From positions 1 through 34,193 of the forward strand of contig CAVEMP010000209.1 in the NCBI GenBank assembly GCA_963616835.1: a stretch of 34,193 bases of DNA. Reading direction: 5' to 3'. This document shows, one piece after another, positions 1 through 10,300 of this stretch. Both the position numbers and the translations under genes were made by a program. Each line of letters begins with the position of its first letter. Position 1 is the stretch's first letter. The notes beneath the pieces are model-generated. The model saw only the letters and a list, made by a program, of their open reading frames with translations. It was not told the origin of the DNA and did no database searches. The stretch comes from an uncultured Oscillospiraceae bacterium. GTDB lineage: Bacteria > Actinomycetota > Coriobacteriia > Coriobacteriales > Atopobiaceae.

Positions 1-146
1 CACGCGGTTAATGAAGATAAAACGATGCCCTCCGCAGACACCATATCACCGCCTTCATCGGTGGTCCCTTTGGTATAGAGCCGTCCTGGCTTCTTTGGTC
101 ATCGCTTAGCTTTCCTACCGCTCTATTTTGGAGGAGGTCACTAGCC

Positions 147-1412
147 ATGGCTAAGCGCGTCAACCCTGCTGTGGTCGCAGGTCTGGTGGCGGCAGGATCA
201 CTAGCCTCGCCGCAGCCCGCGCAAGCTATGCCGGCCGTTCTCCAGGATGTCGCCGACGTTGTGTATTCCTCGCCACAGACCGCGCTGACCTGTGGCTTTA
301 TGGGCGGTGTTTTGGCATGTGCCGCTACTGTGGCTATCGCGGGCGGCATTGGTACGCTCATCGACAAGCGCCGCGAGCACGACATCCCCCAGCTTTCCTT
401 TGGCTCTCACGCCGAGAAGCCCTGGTTTGATGAGGCCGATGATTTCGCACCCGCTCCCGCCACCGCGGCGGCCGTTGCCCTTAAACCCGCCACGCGCTTC
501 TCCGCACCTGGCCAAGCTAAGCGGCCGTCCTCTGCCCAGGCCCCTGCAGTCCGCAAGGCGCACGAAGCCACCGACTACGAGGACATCGCCACCAACTACG
601 TTGGCCGCAACACCTTTAAACAGCGCATGGCCACCCGTGCCGCCGGCGTCGCCGAGACCCTGCGCGCCCGTATCGAGGCCGAGCGCATGGGCGACATGCC
701 CGTAATCACGCGCGCCGATGGTTCGGTGGGCGACGTGGGCACCGGCTGGTGGGCCGCTGCCGTGGGACAGGAGGCCATCTCTTCTAACAAGGGCTACGCC
801 GAGGACTCCGGTTCTCTTGAGATTCCTTCCGATTTCACCAACCCTGGCGCCGAGAAGTTCTTTGTCGCGGCACGCAAGAAGAGCGCGGGCGCCAGTATTT
901 CCGAGCGCGTTGCCTATGTTGACGAGGGCGCCTTCCCTGTACACCGCAGTGTCTCTGATATCAACGACGAGGCCGACGCTTGGGCTACTTCGCTTCGCTC
1001 CCTCGACGAGAAGATTGCCGTCGAGTCGGGCGTAGCCAAGGTTGTGACTGGCCCTTCCGAGACCGGCGCCGCCGCCCCGGTGCACGCTGCCTTCTTCGAC
1101 AACATCGGCGACGTCGATACCTTGGACGAGCCGGACAACATGGAGGGCTCGACCTCGTTCCTCATGTTCAAGAACCCTGCGGGCCACCCCGAGGTCCACG
1201 ACACCGAGAGCTATGTAGACTACCTGATTGGCGACGAGTTCAAGCACAACTCCTCTAAGGCCGCACGCGTGAGCTCCAGAAACTTCCTGCGCCTGGTGCA
1301 GGGCGGCACCCAGGCCGGCAAGACCGGCTCGTCTCGCCGCCACGACGCCACGTCGAGCGGGGATGTCTATGTGGGCAAGCATTTTGCGACCCCTAAGGCA
1401 CAAGAGGCATAA
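147..1412 (+). CDS. Hypothetical membrane-anchored protein (signal-like N-terminus, one TM helix, long acidic/low-complexity tail)
   Basis: 421-aa ORF with strong RBS GGAGGAGG at ~130-137 and host-like GC3-rich codons. N-terminus MAKRVNPAVVAGLVAAGSLASPQPAQA ends in an AxA site, followed by hydrophobic GFMGGVLACAATVAIAGGIGTLI then DKRR. No family recognised. Confidence 0.8.
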   Translation: MAKRVNPAVVAGLVAAGSLASPQPAQAMPAVLQDVADVVYSSPQTALTCGFMGGVLACAATVAIAGGIGTLIDKRREHDIPQLSFGSHAEKPWFDEADDFAPAPATAAAVALKPATRFSAPGQAKRPSSAQAPAVRKAHEATDYEDIATNYVGRNTFKQRMATRAAGVAETLRARIEAERMGDMPVITRADGSVGDVGTGWWAAAVGQEAISSNKGYAEDSGSLEIPSDFTNPGAEKFFVAARKKSAGASISERVAYVDEGAFPVHRSVSDINDEADAWATSLRSLDEKIAVESGVAKVVTGPSETGAAAPVHAAFFDNIGDVDTLDEPDNMEGSTSFLMFKNPAGHPEVHDTESYVDYLIGDEFKHNSSKAARVSSRNFLRLVQGGTQAGKTGSSRRHDATSSGDVYVGKHFATPKAQEA

Positions 1413-1413
1413 C

Positions 1414-1890
1414 ATGACGAATCACCCCGGGTCCAGCCGCTCGTGCGCGACGCGCGGCTGGACCATCTTCCTTGTTTTATGGATTGCCTTCATCTGGGGC
1501 CACTCGCTGGTTCCGGGAGTTGGCTCAAGCGCCGAGAGCAGCCGCTTTGTCGATTTGTTCTACGGTGCCTTTGTGCGTATGGGCCTAACGGACCGCTCTT
1601 TCATGACCTTCCTGGTGAGAAAAGCCGCGCATTTCTCGGAGTACGCGGTACTGGGCTTTGCCGCCCATGGGCTGTTTAGGAGCATCGATCCAAAGAAGCA
1701 AATCCGTTGGTTCGTTCTTCTCGCCGCCTTAGTGCCTGTGCTAGACGAGACGATCCAGCTCTTTACCCCAGACAGAAGCGGCCAGGTAACCGACGTTCTT
1801 CTTGACCTGTGCGGTATGCTTTTTGGTGCGCTTGTGTTTCTCGCCGTCGCAAAATTCGGTAAATGGCTTAAAAGTCGGGCCAGACGCTAG
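1414..1890 (+). CDS. VanZ family membrane protein
   Basis: Motifs WIAFIWGHS, VRKAAHFSEYAVLG, DETIQLFTPDRSGQVTDVLLD are typical of VanZ-like proteins. ATG at 1414 lies 1 nt after the upstream stop (TAAcATG), preferred over the ORF-track start at 1363. Confidence 0.9.
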   Translation: MTNHPGSSRSCATRGWTIFLVLWIAFIWGHSLVPGVGSSAESSRFVDLFYGAFVRMGLTDRSFMTFLVRKAAHFSEYAVLGFAAHGLFRSIDPKKQIRWFVLLAALVPVLDETIQLFTPDRSGQVTDVLLDLCGMLFGALVFLAVAKFGKWLKSRARR

Positions 1891-2039
1891 ATTTTTGGCC
1901 TTAACTGTTTCTGAATTGATTCATTTTGTTTCCCACGGTTTAAGGTTGCCTGGCATCTGTAGCCATTAGGCCACGCGTAAAGCTAACCTCATTTCATTCA
2001 CTTTCACACAGGAAGTGGTTTTTGAAGGAGGAGATCTTT

Positions 2040-3239
2040 ATGCTTAACAACGTTTCTCGTCGACAGTTTGTCGAACTCACCGGTATTGTCGCTGCTGGCC
2101 TTGGCCTTGCTGGTTGCTCTGGCAGCTCTGACGGCGGCTCTTCGTCCAGCTCTTCTTCTGACTCCATCAAGGTTGGCGTCATGGGCCCGCTCACCGGCTC
2201 TGTTGCCCAGTATGGCGTTGCCTGTCGTGACGGTGCGCTGCTCTACTTCAAGCAGCTCAACGCCAACGGCGGCGTCAACGGCAAACAGGTCGAGACCGAT
2301 GTCCAGGACGAGAAGGGCGACGCTACCGAGGCCGTCACTGTCTACAACAAGCTCGTGGAGGACGGCGTGACCGCCATCGTGGGTGACGTTACCTCTAAGC
2401 CCACCATCGCCGTGGCCCAGAAGTCCGTGACCGACAACATGCCCTGCGTCACCGCCTCTGCCACCACCGCCGATGTCATCTCTTATGGCAGCAACTACTT
2501 CCGCGCCTGCGTGACCGACCCGTTCCAGGGTAAGGTCATGGGCGAGTTTGCCAAGAAGCAGGGCTATTCCAAGGTCGCCACCATCTTTGACTCTGGCGAC
2601 GACTATGCCTTTGGCGTCGCCAAGGCCTTTGTTGAGCAGTGCAAGTCTGCTGGCATCGAGGTCGTGGACGAAGAGGGCTATCCTTCTGCCTCCACCGATT
2701 TTAACGCCCAGCTTACCGCCATCATCGCCAAGTCTCCCGACGCGATTCTCTCCTCCAACTACTACCAGGAGGACGGCCTGATTGTTACTCAGGCCCGCGC
2801 ACTTGGTTACAAGGGCGCTTTCTTGGGCGCCGACGGCTGGTCCGGCATCATCGGCGGCGAGCAGGACTATGCCTCTGCCACCGATCTTGAGGGCTGCTAC
2901 TACTGCTCTTCCTTCGTCGCTTCCAACCCCGATTCTTCAGTCCAGAAGTTCATCGAGGACTTCAAGGCCGAGTACGGCGACGCCCCCACCAACTTCAACG
3001 CCCTGGGCTATGACGCCGCCGCCATCGTGGCCGCCGGCCTCAAGGCCGCCGAGGAGAAGGGCGGCACCCCCGGCTCCGACGACTACAAGCAGGCCGTGAT
3101 CGACGGCATCGCCGCTGCTAAGGTCGAGGGCGTTACCGGTACCATCTCTTACTCCGGCACCGGCGACCCGCAGAAGTCCACCCTCGTCATCACCTTCAAG
3201 GCCGGCGTCGAGGAGATTTTCGACACCATCGAGGCCTAA
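2040..3239 (+). CDS. livK: Branched-chain amino acid ABC transporter substrate-binding lipoprotein (LivJ/LivK family), Tat-type signal
   Basis: RBS AAGGAGGAG before ATG 2040; SRRQFV twin-arginine motif, LAGC lipobox, Ser-rich linker; IKVGVMGPLTGSVAQYG, NANGGVNGKQ, YFRAC, GYDA motifs; first gene of a liv operon. Confidence 0.93.
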   Translation: MLNNVSRRQFVELTGIVAAGLGLAGCSGSSDGGSSSSSSSDSIKVGVMGPLTGSVAQYGVACRDGALLYFKQLNANGGVNGKQVETDVQDEKGDATEAVTVYNKLVEDGVTAIVGDVTSKPTIAVAQKSVTDNMPCVTASATTADVISYGSNYFRACVTDPFQGKVMGEFAKKQGYSKVATIFDSGDDYAFGVAKAFVEQCKSAGIEVVDEEGYPSASTDFNAQLTAIIAKSPDAILSSNYYQEDGLIVTQARALGYKGAFLGADGWSGIIGGEQDYASATDLEGCYYCSSFVASNPDSSVQKFIEDFKAEYGDAPTNFNALGYDAAAIVAAGLKAAEEKGGTPGSDDYKQAVIDGIAAAKVEGVTGTISYSGTGDPQKSTLVITFKAGVEEIFDTIEA

Positions 3240-3263
3240 GTTCTCGCTACGTGGTTTTGACCT

Positions 3264-3300
3264 GGCACCGAAACCCCTCGTTAACAGGTGTTTCGGTGCC
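3264..3300 (+). promoter_or_regulatory. Intercistronic stem-loop between substrate-binding and permease genes
   Basis: GGCACCGAAAC (3264-3274) pairs perfectly with GTTTCGGTGCC (3290-3300), followed by T-rich TGTGTTGT. Position fits an mRNA-stabilising or partial-terminator hairpin. Confidence 0.65.
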
Positions 3301-3344
3301 TGTGTTGTATCTATTGGACTCGTTGTAGAAGGGATGTGTGTGTC

Positions 3345-4220
3345 GTGACGTTTTTAACGCAGCTGCTTAACGGCTTGTCTTTAGGCAGCATCTACGCCCT
3401 GGTGGCCTTGGGCTACACCATGGTCTACGGCATCATCTTGCTCCTCAACTTCGCCCACGGCGACATCATCATGGTGGGCGGCTACCTTGCCTGGATCGCC
3501 CTGTCTGTCCTGGGCCTTCACCCCGCGCTGGCGGTTGTCATGTCTGTCGGCGGCTGCATGCTTTTGGGTGTTCTTATCGACAAGATCGCTTATGCGCCCT
3601 TGCGGGACGCGCCGCGTCTGTCGATCCTTATTACGGCCATTGGCGTGTCGTACTTTTTGGAGAATGGCGGCCAGCTTGTCTTTGGCGCCGCTGCCAAGGT
3701 CGTTCCGTCCTTTGGTGACTTTGGATCGGTTGCGATTGGCGATGTGTCACTCAAGGGGTCCTCGATCCTCACTATTCTGGTGACTGCTGCGGCCACGCTG
3801 ATCCTTACCTTCCTGGTTCAAAAGACCAAGCTCGGCAAGGCTATGCGCGCCGTCTCGGAGGACATGGGCGCTGCTCGCCTCATGGGCATCAACGTCAACA
3901 ACACCATTTCCTTCACGTTTGCCGTGGGATCGGCCTTGGCGGGTATTGGCTCGGTTCTTTACTGCATGGCCTACACCCAGATCACCCCGACGATGGGCGT
4001 CATGCTGGGCACCAAGGCTTTTGTCGCCGCGGTTCTGGGCGGCATTGGCTCCATCCCCGGCGCCGTTATCGGCGGCCTGATCGTTGGCCTGGCCGAGGTC
4101 GCCGTCTCTGCGGTGGGCCTGTCCGTCTGGCAGGACGCCGTGGTCTTTTTGCTGCTCATCATCGTGCTCGTCATCAAGCCGACCGGTCTTCTCGGCCGCC
4201 CGATGACGGAGAAGGTTTAG
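3345..4220 (+). CDS. livH: Branched-chain amino acid ABC transporter permease LivH
   Basis: QLLNGLSLGSIYALVALGYTMVYG, NFAHG, GKAMRAVSED, KAFVAAVLGGIGSIPGA, KPTGLLG. Start GTG 3345 chosen from RBS GAAGGGA and the family N-terminus. Confidence 0.95.
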   Translation: MTFLTQLLNGLSLGSIYALVALGYTMVYGIILLLNFAHGDIIMVGGYLAWIALSVLGLHPALAVVMSVGGCMLLGVLIDKIAYAPLRDAPRLSILITAIGVSYFLENGGQLVFGAAAKVVPSFGDFGSVAIGDVSLKGSSILTILVTAAATLILTFLVQKTKLGKAMRAVSEDMGAARLMGINVNNTISFTFAVGSALAGIGSVLYCMAYTQITPTMGVMLGTKAFVAAVLGGIGSIPGAVIGGLIVGLAEVAVSAVGLSVWQDAVVFLLLIIVLVIKPTGLLGRPMTEKV

Positions 4221-4232
4221 GAGGTGTGCAGC

Positions 4233-5393
4233 ATGAAAGAGAAGAACGTGAGCCAGGTGCAGGACAACCCGGTGATCTCTACCAAGATCGGCGGCGTCTC
4301 GGGCGTCTATCGTTCACTGCCCATGCCTGTCCGTTATGCCATTAACGCCGTGCTTGTTCTGGTGTTTCTTGTTGTGGGTGAGCTTATGGTCACGGGCGGA
4401 GTTGTTTCTCGCTACCAGACCGGTGTGCTCGAGCAGGTGGGCATCTACATCATCATGGCGGTGTCCTTGAACATCGCGACCGGCTACCTGGGTCAGCTGC
4501 CGCTTGGCCACGCCGGCTTCATGAGCGTGGGCGGTTACTCCTGTGCCCTGTTCATCATCCACATGATGCCGGTCTTTGGCTTAACGGCTAAGACCATGGC
4601 GGCCGATAACCCCGCGGCAATCCTGCTGCTGTTCTTGGGCCTTGTCTTTGGTGGTCTGTGCGCGGCCCTTTGCGGCCTGGTCATTGGTATCCCGGCTCTT
4701 CGTCTTAAGGGCGACTACCTGGCCATCATTACTTTGGGCTTTGCCGAGATCATCCGTGTTGTGATCAACAACATCGACGGTGTTTTGGGCTTCTCCCTCA
4801 CCGGTGGTGCCAAGGGTCTCTCGGGCATCCCAAGCTACACGAGTTTCCTGCGCGTCTTTGTTGCGGTGGCTGCGGTCCTGTTCCTTATCCATACCATGAT
4901 GAAGTCGCGCCACGGCCGTGCCATTCTTGCCATCCGCGATAACGAGATCGCGGCCGAGGCCTCTGGCGTCAACGTCACGTATTACAAGACGCTTGCTTTT
5001 GTTGTCTCCGCTTTCTTTGCGGGTGTTGGCGGCGCTCTGTATGCCGGTTGCATCGGCGTCATGGACCCCTCTAAGTTTGGCTTCATGAAGTCGGTCGAGA
5101 TCTTGGTTATGGTCGTCCTGGGTGGCATGGGCTCTATGCTGGGCTCGGTTATCTCGGCCACTGTCCTTACCATCCTACCCGAGGCTCTGCGCGCATTCGC
5201 GACCTACCGTATGGTTGTCTACGCCGTGGTCTTGATCATCGTCATGATCTTTAGGCCTCAGGGCCTTCTTGGCAGCTACGATTTCTCGCTGTCGCGCATC
5301 ATCGAGCGCTGCTTGAACGGTGACTTTCCTTGGAAGAAGGCGATGGCGAGCAAAGAGGGCGAGCCTGCAAAGGAGGTGACTTCCCGTGACTAA
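4233..5393 (+). CDS. livM: Branched-chain amino acid ABC transporter permease LivM
   Basis: SLNIATGYLGQLPLGHAGF, LRLKGDYLAIITLGFAEIIR, GRAILAIRDNEIAA, FRPQGLLG; RBS GGAGG at 4220-4224 before ATG 4233. Confidence 0.95.
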   Translation: MKEKNVSQVQDNPVISTKIGGVSGVYRSLPMPVRYAINAVLVLVFLVVGELMVTGGVVSRYQTGVLEQVGIYIIMAVSLNIATGYLGQLPLGHAGFMSVGGYSCALFIIHMMPVFGLTAKTMAADNPAAILLLFLGLVFGGLCAALCGLVIGIPALRLKGDYLAIITLGFAEIIRVVINNIDGVLGFSLTGGAKGLSGIPSYTSFLRVFVAVAAVLFLIHTMMKSRHGRAILAIRDNEIAAEASGVNVTYYKTLAFVVSAFFAGVGGALYAGCIGVMDPSKFGFMKSVEILVMVVLGGMGSMLGSVISATVLTILPEALRAFATYRMVVYAVVLIIVMIFRPQGLLGSYDFSLSRIIERCLNGDFPWKKAMASKEGEPAKEVTSRD

Positions 5394-6234
5394 AGATCCC
5401 TATAAGAGCGTCCTTGTCCAGACGGAGTCTCCAAACCTCATCCCCGAGCGCGACTTGGGCAAGAGCCCGATTTTGGAGGCTCATGGCATTGGCATCGACT
5501 TTGGTGGCCTGACCGCTGTCGATGAGTTCAACATTGCCCTTGGTCGTACCGAGATCTCTGGCCTTATCGGCCCCAACGGCGCTGGCAAGACCACGGTTTT
5601 CAACCTGCTGACCAACGTTTACAAGCCCACACGCGGCTCCATCATGCTTGACGGCGTGGCTACTGCGGGCAAGTCAGTCACCGAGGTCAACCGCATGGGC
5701 ATCGCCCGCACCTTCCAGAACATCCGCCTCTTCACCCAGATGTCAGTGGAGGAGAACATCCTGGTGGGCTATGGCAGCTCAATGAAGACTAACCTTTTGA
5801 CAGACGTTCTTCGCCTGCCTGCCCACTGGAAGCAGGAGGCCGAGTTCCACGACAAGGCCCTTGAGCTTCTCGACATCTTTGACATGCGCAAATACGCCGA
5901 CTCCAAGGCCGGAAACCTGCCTTATGGCGCTCAGCGTCGCCTTGAGATTCTGCGCGCTTTGGCCACCGGTCCCAAGGTCTTGCTGCTTGACGAGCCCGCG
6001 GCTGGCATGAATCCCGCCGAGACCGAGGAGCTAATGGAGAACATCCGTCGCATCCGCGATGAGTTTGGTATCGCCATCCTGCTCATCGAGCACGACATGT
6101 CGCTGGTCATGGGTGTCTGCGAGGCTGTTGGAGTTTTGGACTACGGTCGCATCATCGCCAAGGGCACGCCCGAGCAGATCCAGAACGACCCCAGGGTTAT
6201 TGAGGCATATCTTGGCAAGCAGGCGGTGAACTAA
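5386..6234 (+). CDS. livG: Branched-chain amino acid ABC transporter ATP-binding protein LivG
   Basis: Walker A GPNGAGKT, ARTFQNIRLF, LPYGAQRRLEI, LLLDEPAAGMN, IEHDM, C-terminal DPRVIEAYLG; overlaps the livM stop. Confidence 0.95.
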   Translation: MTKDPYKSVLVQTESPNLIPERDLGKSPILEAHGIGIDFGGLTAVDEFNIALGRTEISGLIGPNGAGKTTVFNLLTNVYKPTRGSIMLDGVATAGKSVTEVNRMGIARTFQNIRLFTQMSVEENILVGYGSSMKTNLLTDVLRLPAHWKQEAEFHDKALELLDIFDMRKYADSKAGNLPYGAQRRLEILRALATGPKVLLLDEPAAGMNPAETEELMENIRRIRDEFGIAILLIEHDMSLVMGVCEAVGVLDYGRIIAKGTPEQIQNDPRVIEAYLGKQAVN

Positions 6235-6235
6235 C

Positions 6236-6958
6236 ATGACAGACAAAACACAGACCCTGCTGTCCGTCAAGGACATCCATGTGAGCTATGGTGCCATTAA
6301 GGCTGTTCGCGGCATCTCGTTTGACATCCATGCCGGCGAGATCGTGACCTTGATCGGCGCGAACGGTGCGGGCAAATCCACCACGTTGAACACCGTCGCT
6401 GGCTTGATTAGCCCCGACAGCGGCTCGGTGGAGTTTAAGGGCCAAAACATTGTGGGCGTGAAGTCGCATAAGATCGTGGGGCAGGGCATGGCGTTGTGCC
6501 CCGAGGGCCGTCGTGTCTTCTCGCAGATGAGCGTTGCCGAGAACCTCGAGATGGGTGGCTATACGCGCAGCGATGCCGAGAACAAGAAGACTATCGAGCA
6601 CGTCTACGAGCGCTTTCCCCGTTTGAAGGAGCGCGTGGGCCAGATGGCCGGCACCCTTTCTGGCGGCGAGCAGCAGATGCTGGCGATGGGCCGCGCGCTT
6701 ATGAGCAAGCCCGACCTGCTGATGCTCGACGAGCCCTCGATGGGTCTGGCGCCTATCCTGGTCCAGGAGATTTTCGACATTATCAAGGAGCTCAACGAGG
6801 CAGGCACGACGATTCTTCTGGTCGAGCAGAACGCCAACATGGCGCTCTCGATCGCCGACCGCGCGTATGTGCTTGAGATCGGTACGATCAAGAAGTCGGG
6901 CACGGGCGCCGAGCTGCTTGTGGATGACGACGTGAGGAAGGCCTACCTGGGCGGATAG
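6236..6958 (+). CDS. livF: Branched-chain amino acid ABC transporter ATP-binding protein LivF
   Basis: GANGAGKST, PEGRRVF, LSGGEQQMLAMGRALM, LDEPSMGLAP, VEQNA, VRKAYLGG. Confidence 0.96.
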   Translation: MTDKTQTLLSVKDIHVSYGAIKAVRGISFDIHAGEIVTLIGANGAGKSTTLNTVAGLISPDSGSVEFKGQNIVGVKSHKIVGQGMALCPEGRRVFSQMSVAENLEMGGYTRSDAENKKTIEHVYERFPRLKERVGQMAGTLSGGEQQMLAMGRALMSKPDLLMLDEPSMGLAPILVQEIFDIIKELNEAGTTILLVEQNANMALSIADRAYVLEIGTIKKSGTGAELLVDDDVRKAYLGG

Positions 6959-7028
6959 CCGGGTACGTAATCCGGACAATCCGGGTTCCTTTTCTTACCT
7001 ACTCATCTCCAGGCTCAGATGGCCCCCG

Positions 7029-7067
7029 AAAAAGGTCTTCTCCTCATTGAGGAGAAGACCTTTTTTT
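7029..7067 (+). terminator. Intrinsic (likely bidirectional) terminator of the liv operon
   Basis: AAAAAGGTCTTCTCCTCA-t-TGAGGAGAAGACCTTTTTTT is a perfect inverted repeat with an A-run before and a T-run after, ~70 nt downstream of livF. Confidence 0.9.
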
Positions 7068-7301
7068 CTGCGGAACTCGCCTGCAGATGACAAGGCGAGA
7101 CGGCCATGTGGGGTTGCGGCTCATCGGGTGGGCTATCCGCGCTTGTAGAGTGCCCTTTGGCAGTGGGAAATATATCCTCTAGGGCGGGATATTTGTTGTG
7201 CGCAGTTGGGGCGGGTGCTTTAACATATATCGAGGTAAAAAGTTAATTTTTCTGCTGGCTTCACGCTGGTGGCGGATGTCAATTTTTGGTCGGGGGAAGC
7301 A

Positions 7302-10300
7302 ATGAAGAAACGGCTCTTAAGTATCCTTCTCACTTTATGTATGGTGACGCAGCTTGTGCCCACACCGGCGCTGGCTGCCCAGGTCGAGGCGGCAAGTAAT
7401 GCTTTGGCCTCTTTGGAAGGCGATGCCGCAGCGATAAGTACTGTTTCTGAGATTGACGATGGCGACTCCCAGCCGGCTCTAATCTCGAACGAATTAACCC
7501 ACTCCCATCACATCTGCGGTAAGGACGCCTGTGACAACGGCTCGCATTCTGCAATCAATTGGACGGGAATCTCGAGTTTAGACCAGATAACCACTATGGG
7601 TAACTACTATCTGATGTCTGACGTCACGCTTAACGACACCTGGACATGTCAGTTTGACGTTAATCTCTGTCTCAACGGTTACTCAATTTACGGTGCAAAC
7701 AATAAGGAAGTCATTAAGGTTTCATCGGGTAAGTTGACCATCACTGATTGCCAAGAGAGCGTTGGCAAAATCAGCCACAAGGATAGCAATACAGGCCGCG
7801 GCATCCTTGTTGATGGCGGCGCCCTCGACTTTTGGAATGGCTGTATCTCCGGCAACTCTGTTACTGGCGAGAAGAACACTGACGAAAATAGCGACGGCGC
7901 CGGAGTCACCATCAGTTTCGGTACCTTCAACATGTACGGCGGTACCATCGCTCAAAACACTGCTTCATTCTTCGGCGGTGGTGTCTCCAACCGCGGGCGT
8001 GGTACGTTCAATCTATACGGCGGTACGATTGCCAATAACTCTGCTAAATACTACGCCGGTGTTGACAACGACGGCACCTTCGTCATGTTTGGCGGATCTA
8101 TTACCGGCAACTCTGCACCAAATTCTTATGGCGGCGGAGTCGGCAATCATCATATCTTTAATATGTCCGGCGGCAGCATCACCAACAATTCAGCCTCCAT
8201 CGGCGGTGGGGTCTTTAACGAAAGCACGTTTAGTCTCTCGGACAACGTGACCATCAAAGGCAACGCGGACGATGAGGGCTCGGCAAACAACGTCTTCCTA
8301 AGCGGCGCTAAGATAGTTGTCGCAAATGGCATGAGCGATGACGCTTCTGTTGGAATTACGACCTGGAATCCCGATGGCAGTCCCGTTGTGGTGACGGGCA
8401 CGACGGACACTAAAGGCTTCTTCAGCGACAACACCAAATATATGCTCACGGCAGATGACTCTAGCGAAGGCTTGAAGTTAGTTGAAATTCCGCACGAGCA
8501 CAAGGTTTGCGGCGAGACGGGCTGCACAGAGCATGAAGGCACCGAGCTAACGTGGAAGAAGTGGACTAGTGCCGACAGCTTACCTACCGAGCCGGGCGAC
8601 TACTTCTTAACGACCGACGTGACCCTCAGGTCTAAATGGGAATGCAACGGCACCATCAACCTTTGCCTCAACGGCAAGACCATCACTGGACCAAACGGAT
8701 ATGATGCCATCTTGGTTAACGACGGCGCGACCCTCACTATCACCGACTGCAACAGTGGCGGTCAGGTAGGCAAGATTACTCATGCGGAGAATGCGACGGG
8801 CCGCGGCATCAACGTCGCCAGCGGCGGCACCCTTACCCTTTGGAATGGCAACATCACCGCCAACTCGGCCCCCAACAACTCGGGCGGCGGCGTGGTCAAT
8901 GGGGGCACTTTCAACATGCACGGCGGCAGCATCACCGGCAACTCGGCTGACTATGACGGCGGCGGCGTCTGGAACTGGGGCGTGTTTACCATGGCTGGCG
9001 GCAGCATCACCGGCAACTCGGCCAATAGATACAGCGGCGGAGTTTACAATACCGGCACGTTCACACTTTCCGGCGCTGTAATTGTTGAAGATAACACGGC
9101 AAGCGGCAAGACAAACAACATCTTTTTGATTAGCGGTTATACGATTGGCGTCGCAGAGAACGGCATGGGCGACGGCGCGTCTGTGGGTATTTCGTCGCAG
9201 AATCCCGCCGGAAGCCCTGTTGTGGTTACTGGCACTGCGGACAATACGGGCTTCTTCAGTGACGATGCGGACTATGGGCTTGTGCCTGCCGGCTCCGATG
9301 GGCTAAAGCTGCAGACGGCTCATAAGCACAAGATTTGCGGCGAGACGAACTGCACGGATAACCATGGCGATGATCTGACGTGGAGGGCATGGTGCAGGTC
9401 TGGTAGTCTGCCCACCATCGCCGGCAATTACTTCCTGACCGGAAACGTGACCCTTGCTTCCACGTGGGAATGCAACGCTGACGTTAACATTTGCCTCAAC
9501 GGCTACGACATCATCGGGCCTGACGGCGATGTTGTCATTGAGGTTCAAGATGGCGCGACGCTAAACATCACTGACTGCGATGCCAGCCAGACGACCGGTA
9601 AGATCACCCATGTAAGTAACCAGATGGGCGGTGGCATCAGCGTCGTCAGCGGCGGCACCCTCATCCTTTGGAACGGCAGCATCACCGGCAACGCGGCCTC
9701 TGACAACGCTGGCGGTGTCTGCAACCTGGGGACGTTTGAGATGCGGGGTGGCAGCATCACCAACAATACGGCTGCGGGTGTCGCAGGCGGCATCTACAAT
9801 TCCGGCGAGCTTAAACTCTGCGGCAATGTGAACATCACCGGTAACACGGTGAACGAGGCGCCCAGCAACGTCTATCTTTCCACTGACACAAAGATCGACG
9901 TCATTGAGACTGGTATTGCTGACGGTACTTCCGTGGGCATTGCGGCCGAGTGCCCCGCTCACAACCTCGTTGTTGTGAGCGGTACGCGCAGCCTCAAGAG
10001 TTTCTCCAGTGACAATGCGAGCTATAAGCTGGTGGCTGACGAGGGCAATAACGTTCTGAAGTTGGCGGAGGTGCATGAGCACAAGATCTGCGGCAACGAT
10101 CCATGTGATGATGGTCATGACTCGCTAGTGTGGAAGGCCATCTCTAGCCTGGACGAGATCGACGATGAGAACGACGGTGAGAATAATTACTATCTGATCG
10201 GCAATGTGACTCTTAATTCCACATGGGAGTGCAAGAGCAACGTTAACCTATGCCTCAACGGCCATGACATCATTGGGCCCAACGGTAATGACGCCATTAA

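Noticed and set aside
75..126. Imperfect inverted repeat ATAGAGCCGT / ACCGCTCTAT before the RBS of the first gene
   Set aside because: Short, widely spaced and does not cover the RBS; no known RNA motif recognised.
201..1415. 404-aa minus-strand ORF overlapping the first gene
   Set aside because: The plus-strand ORF has the strong RBS, signal/TM features and coupling to vanZ; the minus ORF has shadow-like composition.
2002..2014. TTTCACACAGGAA, matching the lac/M13-reverse primer region
   Set aside because: Only 13 nt match and the flanks do not continue into vector sequence, so it is likely chance rather than contamination.
1891..2039. Possible T-box or riboswitch upstream of the liv operon
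   Set aside because: No T-box antiterminator consensus (GGTGGNACCGCG), no terminator hairpin and no recognisable aptamer.
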